This document shows positions 24,683 through 38,250 of a stretch of DNA of 64,000 nt, in pieces; position 1 is the first letter of the stretch, and each line of letters begins with the position of its first letter. The stretch covers positions 1 through 64,000 of the forward strand of contig JAAILG010000270.1 in assembly GCA_012026655.1 (NCBI GenBank), written 5' to 3'. The DNA comes from Hydrolagus affinis. Taxonomy: Eukaryota. Made by a program: the position numbers and the translations under genes. The notes under the pieces were generated by a model that saw only the letters and a program-made list of their open reading frames with translations, ran no database searches and was not told the DNA's origin.

Positions 24683-27275
24683 AGGTAATAGTTGGTAGGG
24701 TTCGTGACGTGAGGTGATATGCATAATACACTGAAAACTGAAGGTAAATGAGAATAGTTGCCTTTTGTATAGTTTATATAGGTTATTCAAGAGAGTTTTC
24801 AATTGTTTTGAGTAAGGTCATTGATCTCATTGCTGGATCAATCCGATGAACTTATATTAATACACAATGCTTTCGAACATATTCCATTTAAAAGTGCAAG
24901 TGAGGATCATTACTTGTCTAACTTTTTGTGTGAATTACTGCACTTCAGGGGAGCCCTACTCTTCTGGCAAAGAAAGGAATCAAAGCAATAATTCAGTGCA
25001 AAAGGTTGCAATGATTTTTATTGGTATAGCAGAGTTGAACAGAGCCCTATTGCACTGAATGCATCAAATACTGTATCTGCACAGTGCCCTTGCATTTTCT
25101 GTCAATCCTTTTTCTATGCGCTCTGACATTTTAAACTTAAAACTACCTTCAGCCACATCAAAGCACTTTGAGTGAGTTTCATTGGAAAAGGTAATTTTCA
25201 GAAGCACTTGCTCTGTGAGGATTTCATTGTTTTCTTTCTGTTCTAAGCAGCCCTAATGTCATTCATGGGCACACTGTGTCAATACATCAGTGCTGGCCAA
25301 GTCGTTTGTGCAAAGCGAGTTTACTGAAAGCATTGCCATGGGCAATGTTATTGCTGCACAGCAAAGACCAAAAGAACACAATTTCACTTGGAAGTTGCAG
25401 CAATTTTATGTCATTTTCATTGATAGAACAATGTGTTTCAAATGTGGAACCATGATTTTATGAAACCTAAAGTTCTTGTACTGATGGAGTCTAATTAATG
25501 TCGGCATTTACTACAAAAACAACATCAAGCTGTTCTGTTGCTACTTTGGTCTAATAGGGTAGGATTTCAATACTGAAATGTTTCTTCAAGAATATCAGCA
25601 GTCCTAAGAGGCAATTTGCTACCATCAAGACACAATACAAGAAAGGTCAGATTAATAAAACCCGAGTCCATCTACCATTACATCCCATTTTTATAAGTGG
25701 GTGAACAAAGGATGTGAAAAGTCCAGACATGTGAAATGGTTATTTCAAGGCATCTGTAATTTTGAAAAGAAAAATAATGTTAATCATTAGGTAGTGTATG
25801 GGCAATGTGTATTATAACAATTTGTTACTCTCCAGTTACATAGCTACCCCTAAGAGCATGGTACAATAAAATGTCATTTATTTTACAATGGTCATAAATG
25901 AAGCCATATTTCAGATGTACAAATGTCTACTTAGAATTTTTCAACAATCCTCTATACGTCTGTAAATTATTTTTCTATGATGTAACTCAAACTGATCAGT
26001 GAAAGCTTCAATTCTATAAATGTGCTGGTCATAGTTCTACACATGTATGACATGCTGATTTACCCTTTTGGCATGTACAGATTACAGATCTTTGATGCAG
26101 AAATAACAGGATGCAAAAATAAACAGGGGGCTGGCACTACACATCAACAGATGCCTAAACACACTAAGAAAATGATCTTTGCTATACTATACATTATAAT
26201 GGGGTTTTCTATTATACAAATACTGGCAATTTTTAGCAATCCTCATATAATAACCATCGCTCCAGCTATCCACTTAGTTTGCCTCAAACAGAATACACAG
26301 AATCCAGTTTGTTTTGTGCAGATACAAATTGGGACATCTGCTCTGTCTGTCTCAGCTGCAGACAAATGGACAAGGAATGAGAAGTTCTGGGTCTTGACTC
26401 ATGATGTAACCAGCCTCAATTTGAGACATTTCATTCTGAAAATAATCAATTTGCATTGAACATAAAGTGGAAGAATGGTAATCTAACAAAGGTCAATTCC
26501 AAACACCACTTTCATCCCCTTTAGATCATTGACACCATAGCATGTTCAAGTGCGCCGTAAGTATTTGTTTTTTTCATCCATATTTGCTGCCTCGTTACAC
26601 CCAAACTAAGTGCCACTGTGCACCTAACTTTTAAACTATGAATGCTTTTTATTTCCGCAGGCAAAATGGCCATTGTCTATATTTAAGATAAAATAGTACA
26701 CAAATTAAAACCACTGAAATTACTATTTAAATATTAATTTATATTATCCTATATATGTGCTAAAGTAGATCATATAAAAGTAGCTTATATTTAAACTTGT
26801 GAATATAATTCTAAAAGCATTTTAGTTATATTGTATATAATTGAAATTACAAATTTAACATGTTCAGGACAGTTTTTTTGTTGTTGCATTTTACTGTATG
26901 CACTTTTATTTTTGGACAAGTATGCTGCCTTAATTGTTTTCCTGTATTTTTGCTTTGTTTCTGTTATTCACTTTTGTAGTCCTGTGATTATGTCCTGTGT
27001 GATGGATTAGATCTTTGGGCAAAAGGCTGATCCTGACATTGTGAATAGCATGCAATTACATCATATGACACATGGAACAAGTGCCTGATAAGTTAACAGT
27101 AGTGTAAAGTCTGTGCTTCAACAATCACTGCAATGTAGCATGGACCTGCCAATCATTTTCAAAACAATTCAAATGTCAGTATAATGTATTGATGTCCCTA
27201 TAAGACTAATCAAATAGGTAAATACCGAAAGACTCCTAATGAGTGCACAACACAGCTAATTTAAAGAGGTGTTTT

Positions 27276-27592
27276 AATAATAATAATTGTAATCCTTGCA
27301 TTTGATATAGCGCTTTTCATGTCTTCTAGATGCCTTAAAGTGCTTCACAGAATATACTGTAAAGTGAATTCGCTGTATATTTCTGGGCGAAATGCAGCAG
27401 CGAATTGCACTCAGCAGTGTCCCACAAACAGTTGTGGGTTGAGTGACTAAATTATTATTGTTTTCTTTCTTGAGGGATTAGTATCAGGCATGTGGAGTAA
27501 GGAAACTTGCCCAAGATTTCGCCATGCTGCAAATCAATCCCAGGTCTCTCTCTTCCAAGGCAAGTGCTCTAACCGCTGAGCTACGAGAGTTC
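27276..27592 (-). mobile_element. Full-length tRNA-derived SINE (main family)
   Basis: Reverse complement matches 24366-24682 end to end. Confidence 0.93.
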
Positions 27593-27879
27593 TATATGTG
27601 TTGCTAATGGTATTTTGTTAACAGTGCTCAGACTAATTTGTATACATCAGCAGAAGCTCTCCAAGATGTGTTACCATCACTTCTGCAATACATCGTTATG
27701 GGACAGTAAACACTATCTTATTTGCTTACTTCAGGTGTAATACAGTATGGTTGAAAGTGCAGGTGTTACACTGGTTGTAACCTCCAGCTTGTGTCCGAGT
27801 TTTGCTTTTGGCCATTTTCTCTGTCAAAGTGAAACACCAGCCAGAAAATGGCACTGGGTAAAACGTGACGACCAAAACA

Positions 27880-28062
27880 ACATAGAAGGTGTTAGATAGT
27901 ACTGCTTCAAGGGTAAATGGACAATTAACAAAGGGCCAATTTTAAGTAGGGCAGAAAGTACAAAAGGACACTGGGAGTGGGACAAGGTGTGTGGTTGAGA
28001 GTGGTGGATTATTGAGTGTTTTGATTGACAAATAAACAAGCTTGACAAATAATTTGGATCGA
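27880..28062 (+). mobile_element. Degraded CR1 3' fragment
   Basis: ACAAAGGGCCAATTTTAAG...GAGAGTGGTGGAT...AAGCTTGACAAATA resembles the CR1 TRGH...RVV...KLDK end. Confidence 0.45.
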
Positions 28063-28843
28063 GTTGTATTACAGAAGTAAAATGCTGAGGCCACATTACT
28101 TACACATTTACTTAGACCAGCAAGACATACTCCAGATATTCTTCTAACTCTTCTGGAGTGCTCAGCATCTCCTTGTCAAATTCGCATCTATGCCAATAGT
28201 GAATATCCGACTGGTCTAACTCCCTGGAAACCAACTCACTTCTGTATCCTTTGGGAATATACTTTTTCTCTTGAGTGTTCTGAGCTCTGTGAGCAGGAAG
28301 ACTTATGTACATTGGAGGGGTTGTTGGGGACATGCCAATATCGTTGTTTTCAGTTTGGGCGATGGAGAAATGTGGTGCTAATAATATCTTGGGGGAAGAA
28401 TTCTTAGTGCTTTCTCACCACTAACAGGAAAGCATAAGTGGCACTTACCCTACCACCATCAGTTATTTGCACAGGAGAAGCAGCAAGCTACCGAGTGTGG
28501 CACAGTTTGCTGCATAACAAATTATAGAAACAACAGTGCACAAAACTCTGCCATTTCAAAAAGGAGCAGGTTATTCCCCTGAGTGTAGACTTTGCAGCGT
28601 ATGGATGACCATATTGTTAGCAAATATATTTTATCACCATGGCAGATCTTTTGTGTCAGATACGTCAATTTCCTGCCTTTCACTCTCATGCAAAATGATG
28701 CTTGTTCATGGTGCATTGGCAATATGTACAAAACTGTAGCTAATTTATAATGAATGATTTTAAAAAAATCAAAGTACCTGCATTTGTGTATTAAAACAGG
28801 TTTGAAAGCAACACAGAGATCAAAGTTCTAATTAAAATATTGT

Positions 28844-28952
28844 AATAATAATTCGATCATTTGATATAGTGCCTTATCATATTGCCAACACGTCTCAAAA
28901 TGCGTCACAAGATATACAGCAAAATGGATTCAATGTATATTTGTGGGTGAAA
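28844..28952 (-). mobile_element. SINE 3' fragment
   Basis: AATAATAAT...CATTTGATATAGTGCC...GTCTCAAAATGCGTCACAAGATATAC...TATATTTGTGGGTGAAA. Confidence 0.75.
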
Positions 28953-31933
28953 CAATTAGAAAATTATAACAATCATTTTACATCTCACTATTTCCTGAAG
29001 CAGGCAAAAAAAAATGCATCTTGGCAATAAATTTATTTGTATAATATATACGCCCTGAAGCAATACACATATAAATATTAATTTAATGAATCAAGGTTTT
29101 CCAATTGTTTTATTAATCTTATTTACTAATTATACAGGACTGATTGTCTAGTAATAATTCTTAATATTCTCAAGAGCCTTGGTAAATGCATAGCAAAAAA
29201 GCAGACACCCTTGATTGCTAAAAGTCCCAATTATTATAGGTTTTGAAGCAATGTAGTGAAAGGAAATAAACAAAAGTACTGTCAAGAAAATATTTCCAGT
29301 GAGCCAACTCAGACAATGAAAATATAAGCAAGCACTAAAACTATTTTTTCTGCCCAACGCACCTTCCAGCACTTCTCCCTGGATTCTTCCACACAAAGAG
29401 CGCATTGTTATTGGGGCCATTATAGGGCTGTTCTTCTTTGCTAGACTCTCCATGACTCAAGGGAAATGGCTATAGATTGCAGCAAAAAAGTCCATCAGAC
29501 AAATCACATCTGACCTCACTGTTTCTAGGGAAGAATGCACCAGAACACTCCAGCTGAATAGACAGATTTTCCAAATGTTTTAAATCAGTTTTGAGACAAA
29601 AAAAATAGAAGATGCAATGGATTTGGCCCATAAACATTAAGTGATGTGATGCCCATTTCTCCTGAAACCTGACATTTAGGAACCTTTCTTGTTGATGGCT
29701 GAACTCAGGGAAAAAACGCAACAATTAAGCAGCAATTGAAGAAAAGCAAGCAAAAAAGAAAGCATGTATTATTGTAATAGCTTGGAGGCTTTTCATTTTG
29801 GGACATAAAGAGAGAGCGGAGAGTGCTGTTTTCTTTTTAAAAACCCCTTTAAAAACTGTAACCACACCCCACTCCAGTAGATATATTACTTATGACATTC
29901 CAGTTTTCATCCGTTCATGGTTTTACATTAGAGCTAAATCTCTGCAGCTTGAATCTCACGGCTGAGTTAGCCAGAGCCCATAAAATATTGAAACCTTTAG
30001 AGCTGCAGCCAGCCAGGTTGAGAGAAGTTCATGTCCAAAGCCAAGCTTTAGTTTCAGCGACATCCCAATTGGAGTGTACTACAGAAAAAAGCACTGATAA
30101 AATTTTCATAAAAATGAGCGAAAGGATATTGCTAGCATGCTTCCGAGCTTCTGTATGAAAACTTAATCTGAGCTAATGGAAAGGATATGAAAGCCTTTCT
30201 CAATTCAAACGCAGTCGGTGCATTATTCATAAATTATTTTCAGAAAAGTGATTCTACTCTGAGATTTATTCTCCTTTGGATGGAAGTGAGTAGAAGTAAA
30301 ACTGGGTCTTTTTGACCTTTAATGCTAGTAAATTTTACAGTAGAGCTGTCAATGTATCCCAAGTAAACTGGTCATTTCAGCAAACAACATCTAAGTGCCA
30401 CAAAGCACTCACCGTGCCCTAATATTAACACAACCTTTCAGGTTAGCCATAAACCGATCAGAGCAACAGTAAGAACCACCTATCCGTGGCATCTAGGAAG
30501 ATAAGAGTGGAATGAAATTTCCATGTTTTAGCTGACAGACACAAAAAGGGTAATTATGTTCGAGAGAAAAATCTTGCAAAGGTAATTTTAAAGCAAAGCA
30601 CTATCTTAATCATAGAATATGTGAGTCTGATCTGTACCTGTGATTTTTTTTAAGCAGCACATTTTTCAATTAAGTACCGAGGCATTGCTGAAATCACAAA
30701 TGCTCTGTGACAGATCTTTGTTCCTTGTGTATGCTTCACTTACTACAAACAGTGTATGGAGGATAAAAACATTTACTCACTAAGTGCCTGATTATTATAT
30801 TCAAAATTGAATGTAGGTTATTCTAAGATACCCTTACATGTTATGAACAGAAATAGGCTGCCTTGTGAATGAATCTCGCTTCAATTGATCAGAGTATATC
30901 AGTTTATAATTAAGGAAAAAAGTTTGATTCCTTTAAAATATTTTATGTGCATTAATGGTATTTTTCTTGTACTGGATATTACAAGTATGACTTCTTAATG
31001 CACATCACATTAAGTGTAATGCTATATGGAGTGAAACGTAATCATATTTGGTGTGTACAATGTCAGCTACATCTCAGCCTCTAAAACTAGTTTGCAGTAT
31101 TATTTTGAGAGATCTTGCAGATTGTATTATATTTCAGCAAATTATCACAATTTTTTTGTTCTCTCTGCCTGAAAAACAAAACAAATTGAATAGGAATGCA
31201 CTTAAAAAGAAGGGCAGACATTTTACGGACAAATAAATAGAACTAAACTGTAATACTGTAATATTAAAAGAATGAATAAATGGAGGCGACTGCAAGTTCA
31301 ACAGTGAATCAGGCGCAGGTGTGTTTTGAACAGGAAGAGTTAAATTGCATAAATGGTACCTTTGAAATGAAAGTGGTAATGAGTCATGTGGTTGAAAGTA
31401 AAGGCAGTGCATTGTGCAATGGGAGCAATTTTCCAACCCCTCTAACAGCACTTCAGGTGATGTTGTTCATCTTTCTGAAGCTACTTATGTCAGAGCGAGC
31501 AAAGAACTGAGGTGTTCAGGGACTCAACATGCAGTAACAGTGTCCAGCACAAAAACCTGGGAGACATCCGAGGGCTTGAAGAGTTCACTTTTTCGGTTGT
31601 GCTGATTTACTTCCGAATTTTTCTGAAGGGAATTCATGTCCTCTATAGCTTTGTTCCCCTACATTGATCTGCTCACCCTTCTACAGAAATCCATTAAAAG
31701 TTCTAAAAGAGAGATGTTTCTTCTGGGCGATTTTTCATTCCCTTAAATTTGGATGTATTTGGGGAAAAATTATTTGACCCGTGGAAAAGAATCAAACCAT
31801 TGTAAATTGTGACTTATTTTTTATGGTAACTTGTTGTCTATTATTTACTGGAAGATGCACATTCCAGCAAAATCTTTTCAAGCATTTCATTAATGATTCT
31901 TAGTATGATAATGATAATGATGGAGGTTTCATT

Positions 31934-32100
31934 CACAAATATACAGTCAATCTTCCTACTTTCCTTCCCCCAACCACGACCCCTCCCACCCTGCTCTGGT
32001 CCCAACCTGGGGACGTTGTTGTATTCTGTGAAGCGCTTTGAGACGTCGATAAGACGTGGAAAGCACTATATAAATGTAAGGATTATTATTATTATATTAT
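31934..32100 (+). mobile_element. SINE/L2 chimeric 3' fragment
   Basis: CACAAATATACAGTCAAT (SINE body), about 69 bp of C-rich L2-3'UTR-like sequence, then GTATTCTGTGAAGCGCTTTGAGAC...(ATT)n tail. Confidence 0.75.
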
Positions 32101-32341
32101 CTGAAGGACTCCTTATTTTTATAGAATAAAATTATTATTTAAAAGTGGCAGCACATTTTGTAACCCAAGTTAAAATAATAATTACATATGGAGCAGTTTC
32201 TTTTCTTCTGAAAGGTTTGGTTTTGTGTCTAAATAAGCCTACAAACTCGACTCATTATATTTCAGTTTTGTAGCATTTTCACAACAAGATTTCTTAAATT
32301 TGAAATGGTGCTTTTCATGTTGCATCTTAAAGCATTTTAAG

Positions 32342-32442
32342 ATAATAATAATAAGCACTTGATTTAGTCTCTTATCATGTTATCGAGATATCTCAAAGTA
32401 CTTCATAAGGTATGCTATGAAGTGACTGCATTTTGTGGGCAC
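32342..32442 (-). mobile_element. Degraded SINE 3' fragment
   Basis: (AAT)n...GAGATATCTCAAAGTACTTCA...GACTGCATTTTGTGGGC. Confidence 0.6.
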
Positions 32443-34077
32443 ACATTTTACATAAACTTTAACATAAAATGTACCAATCACTTGTAGCCCAAGAGAAATA
32501 CAAAACAACTGATAACTGTTCAGATTGACTTTTTCACTCCACTAAATGGAATACCATGTATACAATCCTGTCTGTTGTTTTGGCCTCAGATTAAAAATCT
32601 TTAGAGTGAGGTGATGCAATGTATCCTTGAATAAGACTCCTGAGTTTTAATTTCAGTTTCAATTCATTGTCCCTCTCAGGCTTTACCTAGAGAATAACTT
32701 TCACCAATCAATATAATCTGGCATGGAATCAAGATCGGGAGGATAGATGAATCCATGGCACATTTTGAAAGAAGAAAATGAATTTCTCTCGATATTCTGG
32801 CCAACAATTCCCCCAATAAAATTGCTCACTCACATCATGCCTGTTTGCTGTACACAAAATACCTGCCACATTTGGCTTCAAATACACCGCCACAACTCTA
32901 CATGAAATCTTGAAGCGTTTTTGAGACATTTTGACAAAATCAAATGTAAGGATTATTTTACTGTACTGTTAGATTTGAAAACTTCAGATAACATTAGTTT
33001 CAAGATTTCATTATGTTAAATATCCTGCATTTGCAATTTATTCAGACAATAACAATAAAAGTTGGATTGGAACAAAGGAAACTACAGTACTTACTGAATT
33101 ATTTGGAGTTGTGGGTTGGATAGTGGATGGAGGTGGAAGACACAGCACTTAAAGTGATGGGGGCAAAACCAATATCTGAATAAAGCAAACAGCAATAACA
33201 AAGTTCAGCCATGCATCCTCATTAAAAAGAGCAATTATATACTGTATTTTGATCCCTCAATTAACATTTTGACCACTGGTGTTTTTCAGTGAAGAGCGTT
33301 AATTCAATATTTTGTGCATTTTCAGTTTTTCCCCCGTAAAAGAATATTTGAAACGGTGAACGTATTCATTTCAAAGATTTATTAGGTATGAGAGACTCAA
33401 AAGTATTGAATGAATCGTGTCTTTGGAAATCTAATCTAATATTTCATTGATAACAAAGGGAAGAAGTACTTTACGGTTGTGCCGACATATGTACAACACT
33501 TTAAGACATGCAAGCGTTAATTTTAAATGTCTTTTTGGTGAATCCCACCAACAGGTTGTTCCATGCAATGAAAAGCAAGTCACCTGCATTGCTATCTCAA
33601 CCCTTATCATAAATTACTCATCAGAAATTGTTACTGTGCAGTGTTATCGGTGGCAGAGTTCCAAAACAGTTCCATATTCATTTTTGGAAAGGTGCTAATT
33701 TGTAGACTAGGACAACAATTGCAAGCTTGTTTACATGCTTGTTCCACCTGGATTTGCTTGGAGCATTGTCAAAAATCATACAAGTATAAACTGATGAATA
33801 TGAGAATAGACATGCATGTTTAATTAAGCTAAGGCCGCTGAGTGTTACAAGATTGAGCTGCTGAGGTGGAATGCTGGAAGAACGCTCAACATTACCACTT
33901 CATCTGCCTACAAAAATAATCAGATAATAATGAAATTAGAATTCAGAACTTTTTGTCACAAAAACGTTATATTCTTAACTCTATATATGATGTAACTAGA
34001 CATCACAAAACACAGGTTGAGGGAGATTATTAAAATGAGACAGAAAAGTCAAATACTGTACTGTGAGGATACTGCAA

Positions 34078-34360
34078 CAATAATAACAACTTGCATTTAT
34101 AAAGCACCCCGCACCTTGATTGGTGTCTCTGGGTGCTTGACTACAGAAAGTAGGGATACAATTCGTCAGAAGATTAATTCAATATTTTACCCTGGATTTT
34201 AGGGCGATCTAGCAAGCAGGTGAGGAACTTTATCATTGAGACAAAGGGCTAGAGTGAATGCAAATTGCTTTCAGCATAAGCTTAAGGGAACTGTTAAAGA
34301 GTGGTGTCAGTAAAGGGTTTTGGAATGGATGATCCAGTGCCTCCTCAGGCAACAACAGTG
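34078..34360 (-). mobile_element. Degraded L2 3' fragment
   Basis: AATAATAACAACTTGCATTTATAAAGCACC tail plus antisense purine-rich ORF end (CTTAAGGGAACTGTTAAAGAG). Confidence 0.55.
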
Positions 34361-35924
34361 CATTACATTGAGTGGTGAGGAAAAATAAAAAAGGAAAGCC
34401 ATCTAACTGAAGCAAGCTGATGGCTTAGTCCAAGCCAGAATCTGATCTGATTAGCTCAATGCTATAACAATGCTTTCACCACATTTAAATAATAATAATA
34501 ATTTAAATGGGTAGAAGTCTGCCTGCCTTCCCAAACTGCTCATAACTAGGGACAAAGCTATAAGTGGGGGAAACCACAAGAATAACTTGTAGGAAACACA
34601 AAGCTTCTCGTTAGTCCAGTAGAGGTGCTTTTATGAAATTGAAGGCTAAACCGAAACGTGCACGCAGAGCGAAAGCATCTCCCATGTGTAATAGTACCAG
34701 TTGCAAAATTTCAGAGACAAGAGATGGAGGCACACTCAAAATGAATGTACTTCGATATTTAAGCAAGTCAGCTGTGGAGTGCAGAGGTAAAAAGTAGAAT
34801 ACAAATAGCAATATTAATGGCACATTTGTTGAAAAAAGACACAATTCACTTTTGAAAGTGGTACATTATGGTCGCAGACAACACCATTTTAAATGTGCCT
34901 GATCATTTTTAAAGTATTACAGCATTTTGTTTTCCCACAGATTATTCAAATTATTATGTTCCCCCAAAGGTCTTAAGTAATGTACTGTCAAGGTTGTTAT
35001 TTATTTATTACATACCTTAGAATGTTTTCCTGGATTGCTTCTTGTTGTTAAATAATAATGAATTGAGATTAATATAATTCCTATCTTCATTGTAATAATT
35101 AGGTTCCTGAATAAACCAACTATCACTGACAGCCTTACAATAAAGACATATTTTGTGAAGAGAGCACATATTTTATTTATTACACCATCTGTAAGTCAGA
35201 GAGCAGGCGATTTAGTGTGTGGAGCAGAGATGTAAGTACATGCCCTTTGTGTTAGGCCATGATAGGAAGAGATGCTACCTACCACACTAATAATTCAATT
35301 TGGTTTGCCTACACTAGCTGATTTTAATATTGTCAAAAAGACGACACAGACAGCACTATTGCCTGATCACTTCAAAAGTATTACAGCATTTTTTTTTCCA
35401 CAGATTATTTGAGTTCTTATGCTCCCCTAAAAAACTTGTTGACAAGTCGTGTACCTATGACTGATCAACTGTTCAATTGCATTGTCATCTATGTTCAATT
35501 TAATGAATACAATTTTTATAGTTAAAACTTCCTGAATTGGAACCCGAAGCAGGGAATAATCATGTCTAAAGTGGTTTGTCTGTGGATTGTTTTGTAAACA
35601 GAGCTCATGTGTACACTTGGGTGAGTACTCAGTGAGACCATAAAGTACTACACTCCGATATAAAGCAGCTATATAACTCGGCTCCAACACACAGTCCTTC
35701 AATGTTTCATCTCCACTCCAACCTCAGACAGCAACACAAGACCCTCAGCAGGGCACTTCTCTTTCCCACACTCAACCCTCAGGGTGAAATTTCTGAATTT
35801 GTGCCCAATTAGAGCTAAATCGGGGGCAGGTTTGTACAGTGAAGCCTTATCCACTGGGGTGTGAATTGAGCATGCCTTAAACTAATTTCACTTAAGATCC
35901 AAGCAATCATCGGAGAGAAGAAAA

Positions 35925-36008
35925 TTTCATCCCATCTGTCGGAGATGGATTTGAACTCGGCTCCTGAATGTCAAAGGACACCATGTGAACACAGTGCAGC
36001 ACTCAGTC
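35925..36008 (-). mobile_element. Old tRNA-derived SINE head (LF-SINE-like)
   Basis: Minus strand: CCTTTGACATTCAGGAGCCGAGTTCAAATCCATCTCCGACAGATGGGATGAAA, with B-box GTTCAAATCC; family assignment from memory. Confidence 0.45.
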
Positions 36009-38250
36009 TTGCAATTCTCAACATTGTGTTGATAATTTTCACTTGAAGCTTGTCGTTTTTTTTCCCCCCAGATACGCTTGACATCACTTAACATTATAAT
36101 TATTGCTTTTCAGCATCTGTACCTGAAAGTTCTTGAAAAGGTTGTTTGGCCCATTTTTTCTCTCTAAAATTGCCCCTTTCAGTCACTTCCGTTAAAACGG
36201 CAGCCACAATAAGGCTGATTGAGTGCTAGCCAAGCTCAGGAGAATGGCACGGATATCAAATACATGCATCATACTTCAGCAAAACTAGAAAATCTCAGCT
36301 AAAAAAAAAATCTGTTTTGATCTGAGTTGCCATGGTAATAAGTCCATATTCTCCTCTTCAGAGGGCTCGTTATCTGGAGCATTGGTGATTTGCTTTCTAC
36401 TGGCCCCAACTCATTTGTCAAATAGGGTTTTTCGTTTTTCAAGATAAAGATTCACCTAAACAAGACTAACCAATGTTATCTGAATCGTATTTGTTTCAGA
36501 TTATACGTTTTCACCTAGTTTAATGGGATTTAAACAAGCTAGAAGCCAAAAAAAAACACTTAAACGTTTACATAATTCAGTGATGGGATATCTCATTATT
36601 AAATATACCAGACTTTAACCGCAGATGGATCAATCAATGGTACTGTAATTCAGGATTTTAATAGTTTCCAACCATCCTTTCAAAACTCAGTTCTGACACA
36701 ATAGAAGAAAATAAATGCTTTGCAGCAGATCATTTCTTCATAAGTTGTAACATCAAATATATCATCAACTTCTGCTTGTCTGTATCTCTAGATTTAGCAC
36801 TTGCTATTACAGTATTTTGGAGCCACCCAGAAACTTGCATTATAATCACCAGTGAAAGAGTTGTTTTCCTCCGTTTGCTCCCAGACTCTTTAGTTCTCCA
36901 CTCCAGTTCCTTTCAATTCCTGTCATCACTCATTGGATTCCCTAATCTAATGATGAATTACTACCTTTCTGATAACTGGTAGGTTTGTGAGTGGAAGGCA
37001 TAGGATGCATCTAGCAGTACATCTGACCATCTGATCTTTTGCAGCCCGGTGGAGGGAATGAGACAAACTCACGTAACATATTCACTGTATTGGAGGCTCA
37101 GTTGTGGCAGTCTGACCCAAGCACCTGTTGCATTATTGAGCAGAAATTTCTACGCTTAATGCGGGAAAGAACCACAGCCGCTTTAACTTGCCTATTATAG
37201 CCCTTGCAATCTCTTACAACAGCATCATCTCTCCCTCCAGAATTCTGTATATGTGAAGAGGAGATATCCTTTCCTTCCTCTTTATCATTTTGCAGCTACC
37301 TCTGGTATTAAACTCATGAAAAATTAATAAGTCATAATTTAACATTGACAAAGAAACTGGGAATCAATGCACAAACAAAGGCGAGGGATAATACACATTC
37401 TATCCAAACTTCCTGTAAATGGGAGAAAGCAGTAACAGGACACAATGGACTAGATTTCCCCTATGCTAGGAGGCCAACAAATAGGCTCCTGGCATATATT
37501 CATACACCCTATGTGTATTCATACCTTATTAGTATATTTCATTTGGTTGGGTAACCAGGGTGGTCGAATTCAAAAATACATCATTTATGCAATTTATACA
37601 GATCCGCAGCCCACTGCGCTGTAATTTTCCCAAACAATTCTCCACACAAAGAAATGCAGAAAAACATTATTTCTCCTATGGCGAATCTAGTGGAGAACAA
37701 CACTGATTTAATGAACATGAGTTAAATAACTTCAATTTGAACAAGAGACCCAACAATTTATATGTACTGTATAGTACTACTGTGACCTTAAAAATTAATC
37801 ATGCAAACCAGCTCAGTGTGGATGTGAAGTCTGTGTTGCAGTTACTGTAAATCTGAAAAGGTTTTTCAGAACAAATACGAACAGTTCAGTACACAGTGAT
37901 CATTTAGTATGTTTACTATCTCCTGTTCATTCTAATTACCAATTCCCTTTGGATCCTTAAGGTTTAACTTCTTCCCTGACTGCCCTCTTGCTGTTATAGA
38001 ATTGGATGAATTTGGGGAATTATGTTTTGCATGGGTTGCTATGCTCTTTCTAGCTCTCTCTTGGTTTCCATAATCTCCTTTTGATCTGCTTCTGAATAAT
38101 GTATTTAGTCCAATGGCCATCCTCTTCATTCTCCCCAAAAGCTTTGTAAATCTTCCTTTTTTCTTAATCTCACATTTTAAGAAAGGGTTTGCATAATTTG
38201 CTCCTGCAAGGCTGAGACTTGTTCTTCTCCTCAAACTGTTCTTGAAAAAC

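Noticed and set aside
26022-26459. 145-aa ORF with a hydrophobic stretch
   Set aside because: AT-rich chance ORF with a non-ATG start and no recognisable motif.
28112-28333. Protein-like minus-strand ORF ending ...STPEELEEYLEYVLLV
   Set aside because: No family recognised; an in-frame stop lies upstream and the nearby acceptor does not give a consistent open exon.
35782-35933. MITE with GGGTGAAATTT / AAATTTCATCC ends
   Set aside because: Only 11 bp with a mismatch, no clear TSD, and the right end overlaps an old SINE head.
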